A DNA stretch of 64,000 nucleotides from Polyangiales bacterium (GTDB lineage: Bacteria > Myxococcota_A > Polyangia > Polyangiales > Ga0077539). A program made the position numbers and the translations under genes. Every line of letters starts with the position of its first letter. Position 1 is the first letter of the stretch. This document shows positions 8,967 to 19,135 of this stretch, one piece after another. The DNA lies in NCBI GenBank assembly GCA_044229975.1, contig JBGARZ010000029.1:1-64000 (forward strand), in the 5' to 3' direction. A model generated the notes under the pieces. That model did no database searches. It saw only the letters and a list, made by a program, of their open reading frames with translations, and was not told where the DNA came from.

Positions 8967-11756
8967 ATGCCAGCCCAGCGCGTGTTTCTCGACGGCACCC
9001 GCGCCTGGCTCGACGCCGCCGCCGAGGCGCTCGTCGCCCGCTCCACCTCCGCCGAGTACGTCGACCTCCAGCACCTCGTCGTCGTGCTCCCCGGCGGTCG
9101 CGCCGGTCGCCGCCTCCTCGAACACCTCCAGCGCCGCGCCGAAGCCCGCTCGCTCCCGCTGGTCCCTCCGGCCATCACCACCGTCGGCAACCTCCCCGAG
9201 CGCCTCTTCGAGCGCGAGCGCCCCGAGGCCCCGTCCTTCGCGCGCGACCTCGCCTGGCTCCGCGCCCTCGAAGCCGCTCCGCCCGAAGACCTCGCCCTCA
9301 TCGCGCCGCGCCCACCCGACCACGACGACACCCTCGCGTGGGCCGACCTCGCCGCCACCCTCGCCGGGCTCCACGCCGAGCTCACGGGCGAGGGCCTCTC
9401 CTTCGCCGACGTCGTCGCCCGCTCCGCCGGCCTCGCCGCCTACCGCGACGCCCCCCGCTGGAACGCCCTCTCCCGCCTCCAGCTCCGCTACCTCGCCGAC
9501 CTCGCCGCGCTCGACCGCGACGACCCCTACGAGGCCCGCCGCGCCGCCCTCGCCACGGACGCGTGCCGCACCGACCGCGAGCTCATCCTGCTGGGCGTCG
9601 CCGAGGTCAACGCCGTCCTCCGCGCGATGCTCGACCGCGTCGCCGACCGCGTCACCGCCTTCGTCCTCGCGCCCGCGTCCCTCGCGCACCGCTTCGACGC
9701 GCTCGGCTGCCTCGACGTCGACGCGTGGCACGACGCCGCGCTCGACGTCCCCGACGAGCGCCTCGACATCGTCGAGGGCCCCACCGACCAGGCCGCCGCG
9801 GTCCTCCACGCGATGGCCCGCCTCGGCGGTCGCTACGCGAGTGAGGAGGTGGTGGTGGGCGTTCCGGACAGCGAGGTGGTCGCCCCGCTGGAGCAGCAGC
9901 TTACCCTCCACGGTATTCCCTCGCGCGACGCCGCGGGCATTCCCGTGGGTCGTTCGGCGCCGTACCGTCTGCTCGCGGCCATCGCCGACTACCTCGAACA
10001 CGGCGGCCTCTCCGACCTCGCCGCGCTCATCCGCCACCCCGACCTCGAACGCCACCTGCGCGCCGGCTTCGTCGACGACCCGTCGCTCCGCTTCGGCGAC
10101 TGGCTCACCTGGCTCGACCGCTGCGCCGCGCAGCACCTCATGACCCGCGCCGCGCCCCCGTGGCCGCCCGACGAGCACCACCCCGGCGCGCTCGATCGCA
10201 TCCACGCCGCCGTCGAGGCCCTCGTGAGCGCGCTGCGCGGCGACCCGCGCTCCATCCGCGCGTGGACGGCCCCGATGCTCGCGATGCTGGCGGCCGTCTA
10301 CGGCGAGCTCCCCGCCGCGGGCGGGTCTCCGGCCGATCGGCTCACCGCCCGCTGCTGCCTCGCCATCGCGCAGGGCCTCCACGATCGCTCCGACCTCGAC
10401 CCGCGCGCCGACCGCGTGACCACCGGCTTCCTGGCGCTGCGGCTGGCGCTGCGCGCGGTCGAGGGCGCCACGGTGCCGTCGCCGTCGGCCGAAGGCGCGG
10501 TGGAGTTTCTCGGCTGGCTGGAGCTGCCCCTCGACGACGCGCCCGTGATGATCGTGACGGGCCTCAACGAGGGGAAGGTCCCCGCGGCGACGGCCGTCGA
10601 CCCGTGGCTCCCGGAGCCGCTGCGTCGCCACCTCGGGCTGCTCGACCACGAGCGCCGCTACGCGCGCGACGCCTACGCCCTGAGCGCGATCGCGCGGGGG
10701 CGGCAGAGCGTTCGCTTCGTCGCCGGGCGCCGGTCGCGCGCGTCGGACCCGCTGGCCCCGAGCCGTCTCCTGCTCACCGGCGACGTCGCCTCCGTCGCGC
10801 GCCGGGTGCTCGCCTTCTACGAAGCGGCGACCACCCTCCCACCGCTCGTCGGTGCCCTCGCGGCGGGGCGGGAGACCTCCGCGATGGCGGTGCAACGCCC
10901 ATCCCCGGCGCCTGCGCGCGGGTCGTTGAAGGTCAACGAGCTCAAGCGCTACCTCGATTGTCCGTACACCTACTATCTCGAACAGGTGCTCGGTCTGCGC
11001 GCCTCGGACGACGGCGCCCGCGAGCTCGATCGTGGGGCGTTTACCGGCCTCGCCCGCGACGTGCTGGCGACCTTCGGCGAGCGCGACGGCGGGCGCACCA
11101 CCGACGCCGCGACCATCCGCGCGGCGGTGATGGCGCTGCTCGACGAGACCGCGCTGGCCCGCTTCGGCGCGCACCCGCGGCCCGCGGTGAAGGTGCAGGT
11201 CGAGCTGCTGCGAAAGCGCCTCGCGGCCTTCGCGGGCTGGCAGGCGAGGTGGGCGGCGGAGGGCTGGCGCATCACGCACGTGCGGGCGTCAGCCCCGGAG
11301 GGCAAGGCGATGTTCGACGTGGACGGTGAGCCCGTCGAGCTGCGCGGCCGCATCGATCGCATCGACTACAACGATCGCACCCAGCAGCACGCGGCCTTCG
11401 ACTACAAGACCACGGACACCCCGCGCTCGCCCGAGAAGTCCCACCGCACCAAGAAGGGCTGGATCGACTTCCAGCTCCCGCTCTACCACCACATCGTTCG
11501 CTCGCTTGGCGTCGAGGGGCCGCTCCGCGTCGGGTACCTCGCCCTGCCACGCGACGTCGGGGCGGTGAAAGAACAGCTCGTCGAGTGGGACGCCGCCACC
11601 CTCGCGAGCGCAGACGAGGAAGCGCGCGACGTCGTGCGGAAGATCCGCGCGGGGGCGTTCTGGCCGCCGAAGTACCGCTCGGACTGGTCGCGCTTCGAGG
11701 ACGACTTCGGCGCGCTGAAGCGCGGCGCGTCCCCAGAGCCGGACGGTGCACCGTGA
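8967..11756 (+). CDS. addB: AddB/RexB-like subunit: inactive helicase-like region plus PD-(D/E)XK nuclease
   Basis: C-terminal LRGRIDRID...DYKT...QLPLY; translationally coupled to the addA-like gene. Confidence 0.8.
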   Translation: MPAQRVFLDGTRAWLDAAAEALVARSTSAEYVDLQHLVVVLPGGRAGRRLLEHLQRRAEARSLPLVPPAITTVGNLPERLFERERPEAPSFARDLAWLRALEAAPPEDLALIAPRPPDHDDTLAWADLAATLAGLHAELTGEGLSFADVVARSAGLAAYRDAPRWNALSRLQLRYLADLAALDRDDPYEARRAALATDACRTDRELILLGVAEVNAVLRAMLDRVADRVTAFVLAPASLAHRFDALGCLDVDAWHDAALDVPDERLDIVEGPTDQAAAVLHAMARLGGRYASEEVVVGVPDSEVVAPLEQQLTLHGIPSRDAAGIPVGRSAPYRLLAAIADYLEHGGLSDLAALIRHPDLERHLRAGFVDDPSLRFGDWLTWLDRCAAQHLMTRAAPPWPPDEHHPGALDRIHAAVEALVSALRGDPRSIRAWTAPMLAMLAAVYGELPAAGGSPADRLTARCCLAIAQGLHDRSDLDPRADRVTTGFLALRLALRAVEGATVPSPSAEGAVEFLGWLELPLDDAPVMIVTGLNEGKVPAATAVDPWLPEPLRRHLGLLDHERRYARDAYALSAIARGRQSVRFVAGRRSRASDPLAPSRLLLTGDVASVARRVLAFYEAATTLPPLVGALAAGRETSAMAVQRPSPAPARGSLKVNELKRYLDCPYTYYLEQVLGLRASDDGARELDRGAFTGLARDVLATFGERDGGRTTDAATIRAAVMALLDETALARFGAHPRPAVKVQVELLRKRLAAFAGWQARWAAEGWRITHVRASAPEGKAMFDVDGEPVELRGRIDRIDYNDRTQQHAAFDYKTTDTPRSPEKSHRTKKGWIDFQLPLYHHIVRSLGVEGPLRVGYLALPRDVGAVKEQLVEWDAATLASADEEARDVVRKIRAGAFWPPKYRSDWSRFEDDFGALKRGASPEPDGAP

Positions 11757-14700
11757 GGGTCACGGGCTTCGGCCAGACGGTCATCCGCGCGTCGGCGGGG
11801 ACGGGCAAGACCTGGCGCCTCGGCAACCGCTACATCGGGCTGCTCGCCGCGGGTGTGGCGCCCGAGAGCATCGTGGCCGCGACCTTCAGCCGGAAGGCCG
11901 CCGGGGAGATCATGGAGCGGGTGCTCACCCGCCTCGCGCGGGCCTCGCTCGACCCGGTGGCGGGCCTGCGCCTCGGGGTGGACATCGGTGATCGAGACGT
12001 CACGGCCGAGACCGCGGGTGAGCTGCTGCGCACGGTGACGCGCTCTCTGCACCGGCTGCGGGTGTGCACGCTCGACAGCTTCTTCGGCGACATCGCGCGG
12101 GGCTTCGGTCCGGAGCTGGGATTGCCCGCGGCGTGGGAGATGTCCGAGGAGGACGACACGCAACGTCTTCGGGTCGAGGCGATGGACACCGCCCTGCGCG
12201 AGTACGACATCGACGCGCTGCTGGCCGTGCTGGGCGAGCTCGACGGCGGCGCGCCGAAGCAGTCGGTCATCGAGGGCTTCGACGAGCTGGTGCAGGTGCT
12301 CCACGGCGTCCATGGCGAGGCGGACGCCGCGGCGTGGGGCGCCATCCGGCTCGACTCGATGGCCGACGCGACGGCGCGGGCTGACGCCGCGGCGGTGCTG
12401 CGCGCGGAGCCCATCCGGCACAAGTCGGTGGTCAAGGCGCGCGACACGACGCTGGCCGAGCTCGACGCGCAGGATTGGGAGGCGCTCGTACAGAGCAAGT
12501 TCGTGCGCGCGCAGGCGTCGGGCGGCACCTACTACAACGTCACGCTGGGCGCCGCGGCGATCGCGGCCTGCTCGCTCATCCTGGGGCACGCGCAGTCCGA
12601 GGTGGTCGCCGACCTGGGTCGTCGCACGGTGAGCGCGCGCACGCTGCTCGACGGCTTCGACGAGCGCTTTCGCGCGCTGCAACGACGACGGCGGCTGCTG
12701 CGCTTCGAGGACGTCGCCCGCTCGCTCGGCGATGGTTCGGTGGGCGAACGACTGGAGGAGGTCTTTCTCCGCCTCGACGGGCGCACCGAGCACCTGCTGC
12801 TCGACGAGTTCCAGGACACCTCGCTCACGCAGTGGCGGGTGCTCAAGCCCTTCGCGCAGGTCGCGGTGCGCGAGGGATCGCTCTTCGTCGTGGGCGACGT
12901 GAAGCAGGCGATCTACGGGTGGCGCGGCGGCGTGGCGGAGATCTTCGACGCCGTCCGCACCGACTTCTCCGACATTGCCGAGGAGGCATTGCAGAAGAGC
13001 CAGCGCTCGTCGCCGGTGGTCATCGACCTGGTCAACACGGTCTTCGAGGACATCGACGCCGTGAAGGTGCTGGAGGAGTACGACGGCGCGGTGGTGCGCT
13101 GGGCGAAGGGCTTCCGCACGCACACCACGGCGCGCGAGGAGTTCGGCGGGTACGTTCGTCTGTGCACGGCCCCGCAGGCGGAGGAGGGGGAGAAGCCCAT
13201 CGAGGTCACGCTGGCCTACGCTGCGCGGGTCATCGAGGCGCTCGCGGCGTCGCGGGGGGGATGCTCCATCGGCGTGCTGGTACGCACCAACACCACCGTC
13301 GCCACGCTCACCGACCTCCTGCGCTCGCACGGCGTGACCGTGAGCGGCGAAGGAACCTCCCCCCTCACCACCTCCCGCGCCGTCGAGGCGATGCTGGCGC
13401 TGCTGCGCCTCGCCGACCACCCCGGCGACACCATCGCCCGCTACCACGTCGCGCGCTCACCGCTCGGCGCCGCGGTGGGCTTCACCTCGCACGACGAACG
13501 CGACGCGGCCCGCCGCCTCTCCGCCGAGGTACGTCGCGCGCTGATGGCCGACGGCTACGGCGCGAGCCTCTACCGCTGGACGACGGACGTGGCGGCGAGC
13601 TGCGACGCGCGCGACCTGCGCCGCCTGCTCAAGCTGGTGGAGCTCGGCTACGAGTACGACCGCGACGCGACGCTGCGCCCGACGGACTTCGTGGCGTGGG
13701 TGCAGCAGAAGCGCGTTCCGGACGCCGACAGCGCGCGCGTCCGGGTGATGAACATCCACCAGTCCAAGGGTTTGCAGTTCGACGTGGTGGTGCTGCCCGA
13801 GCTGGAGGGTCCGCTCACGCGCGCGCCCAGCCTGCTCCTCCAGCGGGAGTCCGCCCTCGCGCCGATCAAGGCGGTGAGCCTGCTCGGGAAGCGGGCGCTG
13901 CTCGAAGGGACGCCCCTCGACGCCATGTGGCACGCGGGCATGAGCGACACGCTGATCGAGTCGCTCAACGTCCTCTACGTGGCGCTGACGCGCGCGGTGC
14001 ACGAGGTGCACATGATCGTGGAGCCCACCGAGGAGACGAAGCGCGCGCTGACGGCGACGGAGCTGCTGCGCGCGACGCTCTGCCCCGACGCGGAGGTGCT
14101 CCCGCCCGAGTCGGTGATGTTCGAGCGGGGCGACCCGCGGTGGTTCACGCCTCCGCAGACCAGGGTCACCACCGCGCTCGCGAAGCCGGTGCGGCTCTCG
14201 ATGAAGGCGAGCGCGCACCACGGGCGATTGGAGCGGCAGCGCCCGTCGTCGCAGCACGGCGCGTCGGAGGCGACCCTGGCGTCGGCGCTCGTCCCGCCCA
14301 ACCGCTATGCGCTCCAACAGGGGACGCTCGTCCACGCCTTCTTCGAGCGTGTGGAGTGGCTGGACGACGGTCAGCCCGACAGCGACCTGCTGCTGCGGGT
14401 GGCGCGCGCGTCGGGCTTTTCGGCGGAGGAGTCGGCGCAGCGGGTCGAGCGCTTCGAGGACATGCTGTGGTGGCCGGCGGTGCGCGCGGTGATGAGCCGC
14501 AGCGGCTATCGGGTGGAGCCCGGGGACGTGCTGGAGGTGCGCCGGGAGTTTCCGTTTACGCAGCGCGAGGGGGACTCACTGGTCAACGGCATCATCGACC
14601 GGCTGGTGTTGCATCGTCGCGCGGGCAAGGTGGTGGCCGCCGACGTGGTCGACTTCAAGACCGACAGCGTGGACATCACGAAGGAGGAGACCATCGTCGC

Positions 14701-14830
14701 GCGGGTGGAGTTTCACCGCGGCCAGATGGAGGCCTACCGCCGCGCGGTGGCGCGGATGGAGGGCATCGCGCCCGAGCGGGTGCGGTCGCGGCTGCTGTTC
14801 GTGACGGCGGGGGTCGTGCGGGAGGTGTGA
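11753..14830 (+). CDS. addA: AddA/RecB-like UvrD helicase-nuclease
   Basis: ASAGTGKT, DEFQDT, GDVKQAIYGWRG, IHQSKGLQF, YVALTRA, then C-terminal GIIDRL...DFKT. Confidence 0.88.
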   Translation: MRVTGFGQTVIRASAGTGKTWRLGNRYIGLLAAGVAPESIVAATFSRKAAGEIMERVLTRLARASLDPVAGLRLGVDIGDRDVTAETAGELLRTVTRSLHRLRVCTLDSFFGDIARGFGPELGLPAAWEMSEEDDTQRLRVEAMDTALREYDIDALLAVLGELDGGAPKQSVIEGFDELVQVLHGVHGEADAAAWGAIRLDSMADATARADAAAVLRAEPIRHKSVVKARDTTLAELDAQDWEALVQSKFVRAQASGGTYYNVTLGAAAIAACSLILGHAQSEVVADLGRRTVSARTLLDGFDERFRALQRRRRLLRFEDVARSLGDGSVGERLEEVFLRLDGRTEHLLLDEFQDTSLTQWRVLKPFAQVAVREGSLFVVGDVKQAIYGWRGGVAEIFDAVRTDFSDIAEEALQKSQRSSPVVIDLVNTVFEDIDAVKVLEEYDGAVVRWAKGFRTHTTAREEFGGYVRLCTAPQAEEGEKPIEVTLAYAARVIEALAASRGGCSIGVLVRTNTTVATLTDLLRSHGVTVSGEGTSPLTTSRAVEAMLALLRLADHPGDTIARYHVARSPLGAAVGFTSHDERDAARRLSAEVRRALMADGYGASLYRWTTDVAASCDARDLRRLLKLVELGYEYDRDATLRPTDFVAWVQQKRVPDADSARVRVMNIHQSKGLQFDVVVLPELEGPLTRAPSLLLQRESALAPIKAVSLLGKRALLEGTPLDAMWHAGMSDTLIESLNVLYVALTRAVHEVHMIVEPTEETKRALTATELLRATLCPDAEVLPPESVMFERGDPRWFTPPQTRVTTALAKPVRLSMKASAHHGRLERQRPSSQHGASEATLASALVPPNRYALQQGTLVHAFFERVEWLDDGQPDSDLLLRVARASGFSAEESAQRVERFEDMLWWPAVRAVMSRSGYRVEPGDVLEVRREFPFTQREGDSLVNGIIDRLVLHRRAGKVVAADVVDFKTDSVDITKEETIVARVEFHRGQMEAYRRAVARMEGIAPERVRSRLLFVTAGVVREV

Positions 14831-14835
14831 CGACC

Positions 14836-17097
14836 TTACCCCATCACCTGGAGGTACTCCGCGAGCAGCGTCTTCGTGGCCCCGATGTTGGGGAAGTACA
14901 CCTCCACCTTGAGCTCCGCGCCCGCGAGCACGGCCTTCACCGTCCCCGCGCCGAACTTCGCGTGCTTCACCCGCATCCCGCGCTGCCAGCCGACGCCCGG
15001 GTTGTCCCTCACCAGCACCGGCCCGTCGTGCCCTTCGGCGGGCGGCTCCGGCTCCCTCGCCCTCGCCGGGACCGGGTCGCGCTCCAACCGATATCCCCCA
15101 CCACTACCGTGGTCCTTGGCGGGCATGCTCCCTTCCCCGAAGTGCCTGCGCGGAACCTTCCCCGACAGCACCTCCGGCGGAATCTCCAACAGAAAGCGCG
15201 ACGGCGGATTGATGCGCGTCTGCCCGAAGATCTGCCGAAACCGCGTAAACGACACCGAGAGCTGCTCGCGCGCCCGCGTGATGGCCACGTACGCCAGCCG
15301 CCGCTCTTCCTCCATCTCCTCCGGGTCTGAGCCGAGTTCCGTTCCTTTGTAGGGAAACATCCCGTCTTCGAGCGCGGCGATGAACACCACCCGAAACTCC
15401 AGCCCCTTGGCCGAGTGCACGGTCATCATCGAGATCTTCGGGCTGTCCTCCCCCTCCGGGGTCTCTTCGTTGAGCGTCACCCGTTCGAGGTAGCCCGACA
15501 GCGTGGGCTCTTCGGCCTCTTCCGCGTACTCGTGCATCGAGCCGATGAGCTCCTCGATGTTCTCGTGGCGCGTCTCGTTTTCGACCTCGTTGCTGTCTTC
15601 CAGCATGCGCGCGTAACCAGACTTCTGGAAGACGAGGTTGCCCACCTCCTGCGGGCGGTCGAGCAGGGTCGCCGCCTCGCGCCGCATCTCTCCCATCAAG
15701 GTATAGAACCCCACCAGCGCCTTGCGCGCCGCCCCGCCCACGTCCGCGGGGAGGTCCCCGGAAGCCAATAGCTTCCAGATGGAGGTCTGCCGCGCCGTCG
15801 CGTGGGCCGTGATGCGATCGAGCGTGGTCTTCCCGATCTTCCTCGGCGGAACATTCACCACCCTCAACAGACTGACGTCGTCGTTGGGGTTGAGCACCAT
15901 CCGCAGGTACGCGAGGATGTCCTTCACCTCCGCGCGCTCATAGAAGCGCATCCCGCCATAGATCATGTACGGGATGTTGGCCGCCCGCATCGCGTCCTCG
16001 ATGGGCCGCGACTGCGCGTGGATGCGATAGAACACCGCGATCTCCCGCGCCGGAACCTTCCTCCCCAGGGCGGCCTTCACCCCGTGCGCGATGAGCCGCG
16101 CCTCCTCGCGCTCGTCCTCACACGGGAGGAGCTCGATGGGGGCGCCTTCGAGGTTCTTGGTAAAAAGGGTCTTGCCCTCGCGCTGTTGTGCCTTGGCGAT
16201 GACCGCGTTGGCGGCGCGCAGGATGCGCTGCGTGCTGCGGTAGTTCTGCTCCAGCTTCACCACGAGCGCGTCGGGGAAGTCCCGCTTGAAGTACTGGATG
16301 TTGCGGACGTCCGCCCCGCGCCAGCGGTAGATGGCCTGGTCGTCGTCGCCCACCACACACAGGTTGCGGTGTTCATTGACCATGGCGCGCAGCATCCGGT
16401 ACTGCGCGTTGTTGGTGTCCTGAAATTCATCCACCAACAGGTATTGGAATTGTTCGCGCAGCTCTTCGCGCACCGAGGCGTCGGTCTCGACGAGGTGGGT
16501 GAGCTTCGAGAGCAGGTCGCCGAAGTCGACGGCGCCGTTCTTCGCGAGGTGGGTCTCGTAGGCGGCCCAGACGCGGGCGACCTGCTTGTCGTGGAGGGTC
16601 TGCGCGCTCGCTTCGAGGTCGGCGGGCGAGAGCACCTCCTGCTTGGCGCGGTCGATGGCCCCGAGCGCCGCGCGCACCGGGAGAAACTTCTCGTCGATGG
16701 AGAGCTCGTCGAAGACGCGGTTCATCACCGAGCGCTGGTCGCCGTCGTCGTAGATGGCGAAGTCCTGGCGCAGCCCGGCGCGCTCGTGAAAGCGCCGCAG
16801 GAGCTTCGCTCCGAGGGCGTGGAAGGTGGAGATCCACACGCCGCGGGCGCGGCCGTCGCCGACGAGGCGGTGCACCCGCTCGCGCATCTCCTGGGCGGCC
16901 TTGTTGGTGAAGGTCACCGCGAGGATGCGCCACGGGGGGACGTTCTTGGTGTCGATGATGTGGGCGATGCGGAAGGTGATGACGCGGGTCTTGCCAGAGC
17001 CGGCGCCGGCGAAGACGAGCAGCGGGCCTTCGGTGCGGAGCGCGGCTTCGAGCTGCGGGGTGTTGAGCTCGCGGGTGAGGGTGTCGCGGTCGATCAA
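14836..17097 (-). CDS. pcrA: ATP-dependent DNA helicase PcrA/UvrD
   Basis: AGAGSGKT, DEFQDTN, GDDDQAIYRWRGA, EEERRLAYVAITRA, C-terminal tudor-like VKHAKFGAG. Confidence 0.93.
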   Translation of the reverse strand: MIDRDTLTRELNTPQLEAALRTEGPLLVFAGAGSGKTRVITFRIAHIIDTKNVPPWRILAVTFTNKAAQEMRERVHRLVGDGRARGVWISTFHALGAKLLRRFHERAGLRQDFAIYDDGDQRSVMNRVFDELSIDEKFLPVRAALGAIDRAKQEVLSPADLEASAQTLHDKQVARVWAAYETHLAKNGAVDFGDLLSKLTHLVETDASVREELREQFQYLLVDEFQDTNNAQYRMLRAMVNEHRNLCVVGDDDQAIYRWRGADVRNIQYFKRDFPDALVVKLEQNYRSTQRILRAANAVIAKAQQREGKTLFTKNLEGAPIELLPCEDEREEARLIAHGVKAALGRKVPAREIAVFYRIHAQSRPIEDAMRAANIPYMIYGGMRFYERAEVKDILAYLRMVLNPNDDVSLLRVVNVPPRKIGKTTLDRITAHATARQTSIWKLLASGDLPADVGGAARKALVGFYTLMGEMRREAATLLDRPQEVGNLVFQKSGYARMLEDSNEVENETRHENIEELIGSMHEYAEEAEEPTLSGYLERVTLNEETPEGEDSPKISMMTVHSAKGLEFRVVFIAALEDGMFPYKGTELGSDPEEMEEERRLAYVAITRAREQLSVSFTRFRQIFGQTRINPPSRFLLEIPPEVLSGKVPRRHFGEGSMPAKDHGSGGGYRLERDPVPARAREPEPPAEGHDGPVLVRDNPGVGWQRGMRVKHAKFGAGTVKAVLAGAELKVEVYFPNIGATKTLLAEYLQVMG

Positions 17098-19064
17098 AAC
17101 GGATCCTCTTGAGTCTCTTCAGTGTCGGGGGCGCCTCCGACCATGGTCCAGAAAGCGCGCACCTCCTCCATCGAGGAGAGGCGCGACGCGGGCGGCAGTG
17201 AGGCAATCAGGGTCTTGCCATAGCCCTTGGTGACGATGCGTCGGTCGAGGATGGCGACGATGCCGACGTCCTTGCGGGTGCGGATGAGCCGACCGAAACC
17301 CTGCTTGAGCGCGAGCGCCGCCGCGGGCACCTGAAGGGCCTCGAAGGGCTTGATCCCCTGCTCGATGAGCCGCGCGATGCGGGCGCCCGTCACGGGGTCG
17401 TTGGGCGCATCGAAGGGCAGCTTGTCGATGATGACCAGCCGCAGCGCGTGGCCCGGAACATCCACCCCCTCCCAGAAGCTCGACGTCGCGAAGAGCACGC
17501 CGTCCTTCGCCGCGCGAAAGCGTTCGAGCAGCACGCGCTTGGGGAGTTGTCCCTGCACCCAGGTGGCGTAGTGCCAGGTGTCCTTGAGGGTGTCGTGGAG
17601 CGCGCGCATCGCTCGCAGGCTGGTGCAGAGCACGAAGGCTCCGCCGCGGGTGACGTCGACGAGCCGGCGTATCTCGGCGGCGGCGGCGTCGAGCCAGGCG
17701 TCGTCGCGCGGCTCGGGGATGCTGCGCGGGACATAGAGCCCGGCCTGCTCGCCGTAGTCGAAGGGGGAAGGCAGCGAGTGCTCGGCGGCCTCGGCGGGAA
17801 TGCCGAGGCGCTGCCGGATGAACGCGAAGTCGCCGCCCGTAGAGAGCGTCGCGGACGCGAGGATGACCGCGCCGCGGCGTGACCAGAGGCGCTCCTGCAT
17901 GAGCGGGCCGATCTCGACGGGCGAGGCACCGACGGCGCCGCCGCCGCGGGCGTCGGGTTCGGCGAAGGCGACGTGGGTCTGTGACTCTTCGTCGAGGACG
18001 GTGCGGAGCGACTCCTTCAACGTGGCCGCGCGGCGGGAGACGGAGAGGAGGAGGTCGTTGGTTCCGACGAAGTCGCGGACGTGGTTGAGGAGGCTCTCGA
18101 TGCCCTCTTCGAGGAGCTGCGCGCCGTCCTCGAACTCCCCGCGCCGCATGGACGGTTGGAGGAGCAGCCGTCCCGAGCTGCGGGGTAGAGCCGAGAAGAG
18201 CCGCAGGGCGCCGGCGGAGAGCTGCATGAGGGTGCGCAGCACGGACTGCTCGCGCGAGCGGTCGACGAAGAATCCAGCAGCGCGCAGGGCGCGATCGGCG
18301 TCGCGGACGAGCGTGTCGACGCGGGCGCGGGTGAGCCGCACCCCGAAGAACTCCGTCGCGACATCTTCGAGCGCGTGGGCCTCGTCGAAGATGATGGCGT
18401 CGTGGTCGGGGAGCGCGGCGGCGCCGGAGAACCCGTTGCGCAGGGCGAGGTCGGCGCAGAAGAGGTGGTGGTTGGTGACGATGATCTGCGAGGTCTCGGC
18501 GGCGCGTCGCATCTTCGTGACGAAGCAGTCGTCGTAGAAGCGGCACTTGGCGCCGATGCGGGTCTCGGAGCTGGAGGTGACCTCGCGCCAGACGGGGGCG
18601 TCTTCGGGGAGCGAGGGGAGGTCGCTGCGGTCGCCGGTCTCGGTGTGCTCGACCCATTCGAGGATGCGGTCGATGCCCTGCTCGGGCGCGACGGCGCCGA
18701 CGACGATGGCCTGCCGATACTCTTCGAGGCGACGACGGCAGACGTAGTTGGAGAGGCCCTTCACGAGCGTGACGTCGGGGTGCAGGCCGAGGCGCCGGAG
18801 GGTGGGGATGTCCTTCTCGACGAGCTGCTCACCGAGGGCTTTCGTGGCGGTGGAGATGACCACGCGCTGCGCGCTCTCGGCCGCGGGAACGAGGTACGCG
18901 AGGGACTTCCCGGTGCCGGTGCCGGCCTCGATGAGGAGGGGCATGCCGTCGTGGAGGGCGAGCTCGACGGCGTCGGCCATCCGAAGCTGTTCCTCGCGGG
19001 GCTCGTACCCGGGGAGCACCTTCGCGAGGGGGCCGTTGCGGTCGAGCCTTTCGCGCGCTGCCAT
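17094..19064 (-). CDS. dinG: DinG/YoaA-family Fe-S helicase
   Basis: EAGTGTGKS, DEAH, SATL, FWEGVDVPG, QGFGRLIR. Confidence 0.88.
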   Translation of the reverse strand: MAARERLDRNGPLAKVLPGYEPREEQLRMADAVELALHDGMPLLIEAGTGTGKSLAYLVPAAESAQRVVISTATKALGEQLVEKDIPTLRRLGLHPDVTLVKGLSNYVCRRRLEEYRQAIVVGAVAPEQGIDRILEWVEHTETGDRSDLPSLPEDAPVWREVTSSSETRIGAKCRFYDDCFVTKMRRAAETSQIIVTNHHLFCADLALRNGFSGAAALPDHDAIIFDEAHALEDVATEFFGVRLTRARVDTLVRDADRALRAAGFFVDRSREQSVLRTLMQLSAGALRLFSALPRSSGRLLLQPSMRRGEFEDGAQLLEEGIESLLNHVRDFVGTNDLLLSVSRRAATLKESLRTVLDEESQTHVAFAEPDARGGGAVGASPVEIGPLMQERLWSRRGAVILASATLSTGGDFAFIRQRLGIPAEAAEHSLPSPFDYGEQAGLYVPRSIPEPRDDAWLDAAAAEIRRLVDVTRGGAFVLCTSLRAMRALHDTLKDTWHYATWVQGQLPKRVLLERFRAAKDGVLFATSSFWEGVDVPGHALRLVIIDKLPFDAPNDPVTGARIARLIEQGIKPFEALQVPAAALALKQGFGRLIRTRKDVGIVAILDRRIVTKGYGKTLIASLPPASRLSSMEEVRAFWTMVGGAPDTEETQEDPF

Positions 19065-19135
19065 GATCGAGGAACGCTGGCCATACCACGCGCCCGCACC
19101 CGCGCGATACGACCGCAGGAGGGTGGTGACGGGCT

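Noticed and set aside
8967..19064. Four adjacent helicase/nuclease genes as a novel system
   Set aside because: They are recognisable repair genes (addBA-like, pcrA, dinG) with host-like codon usage.
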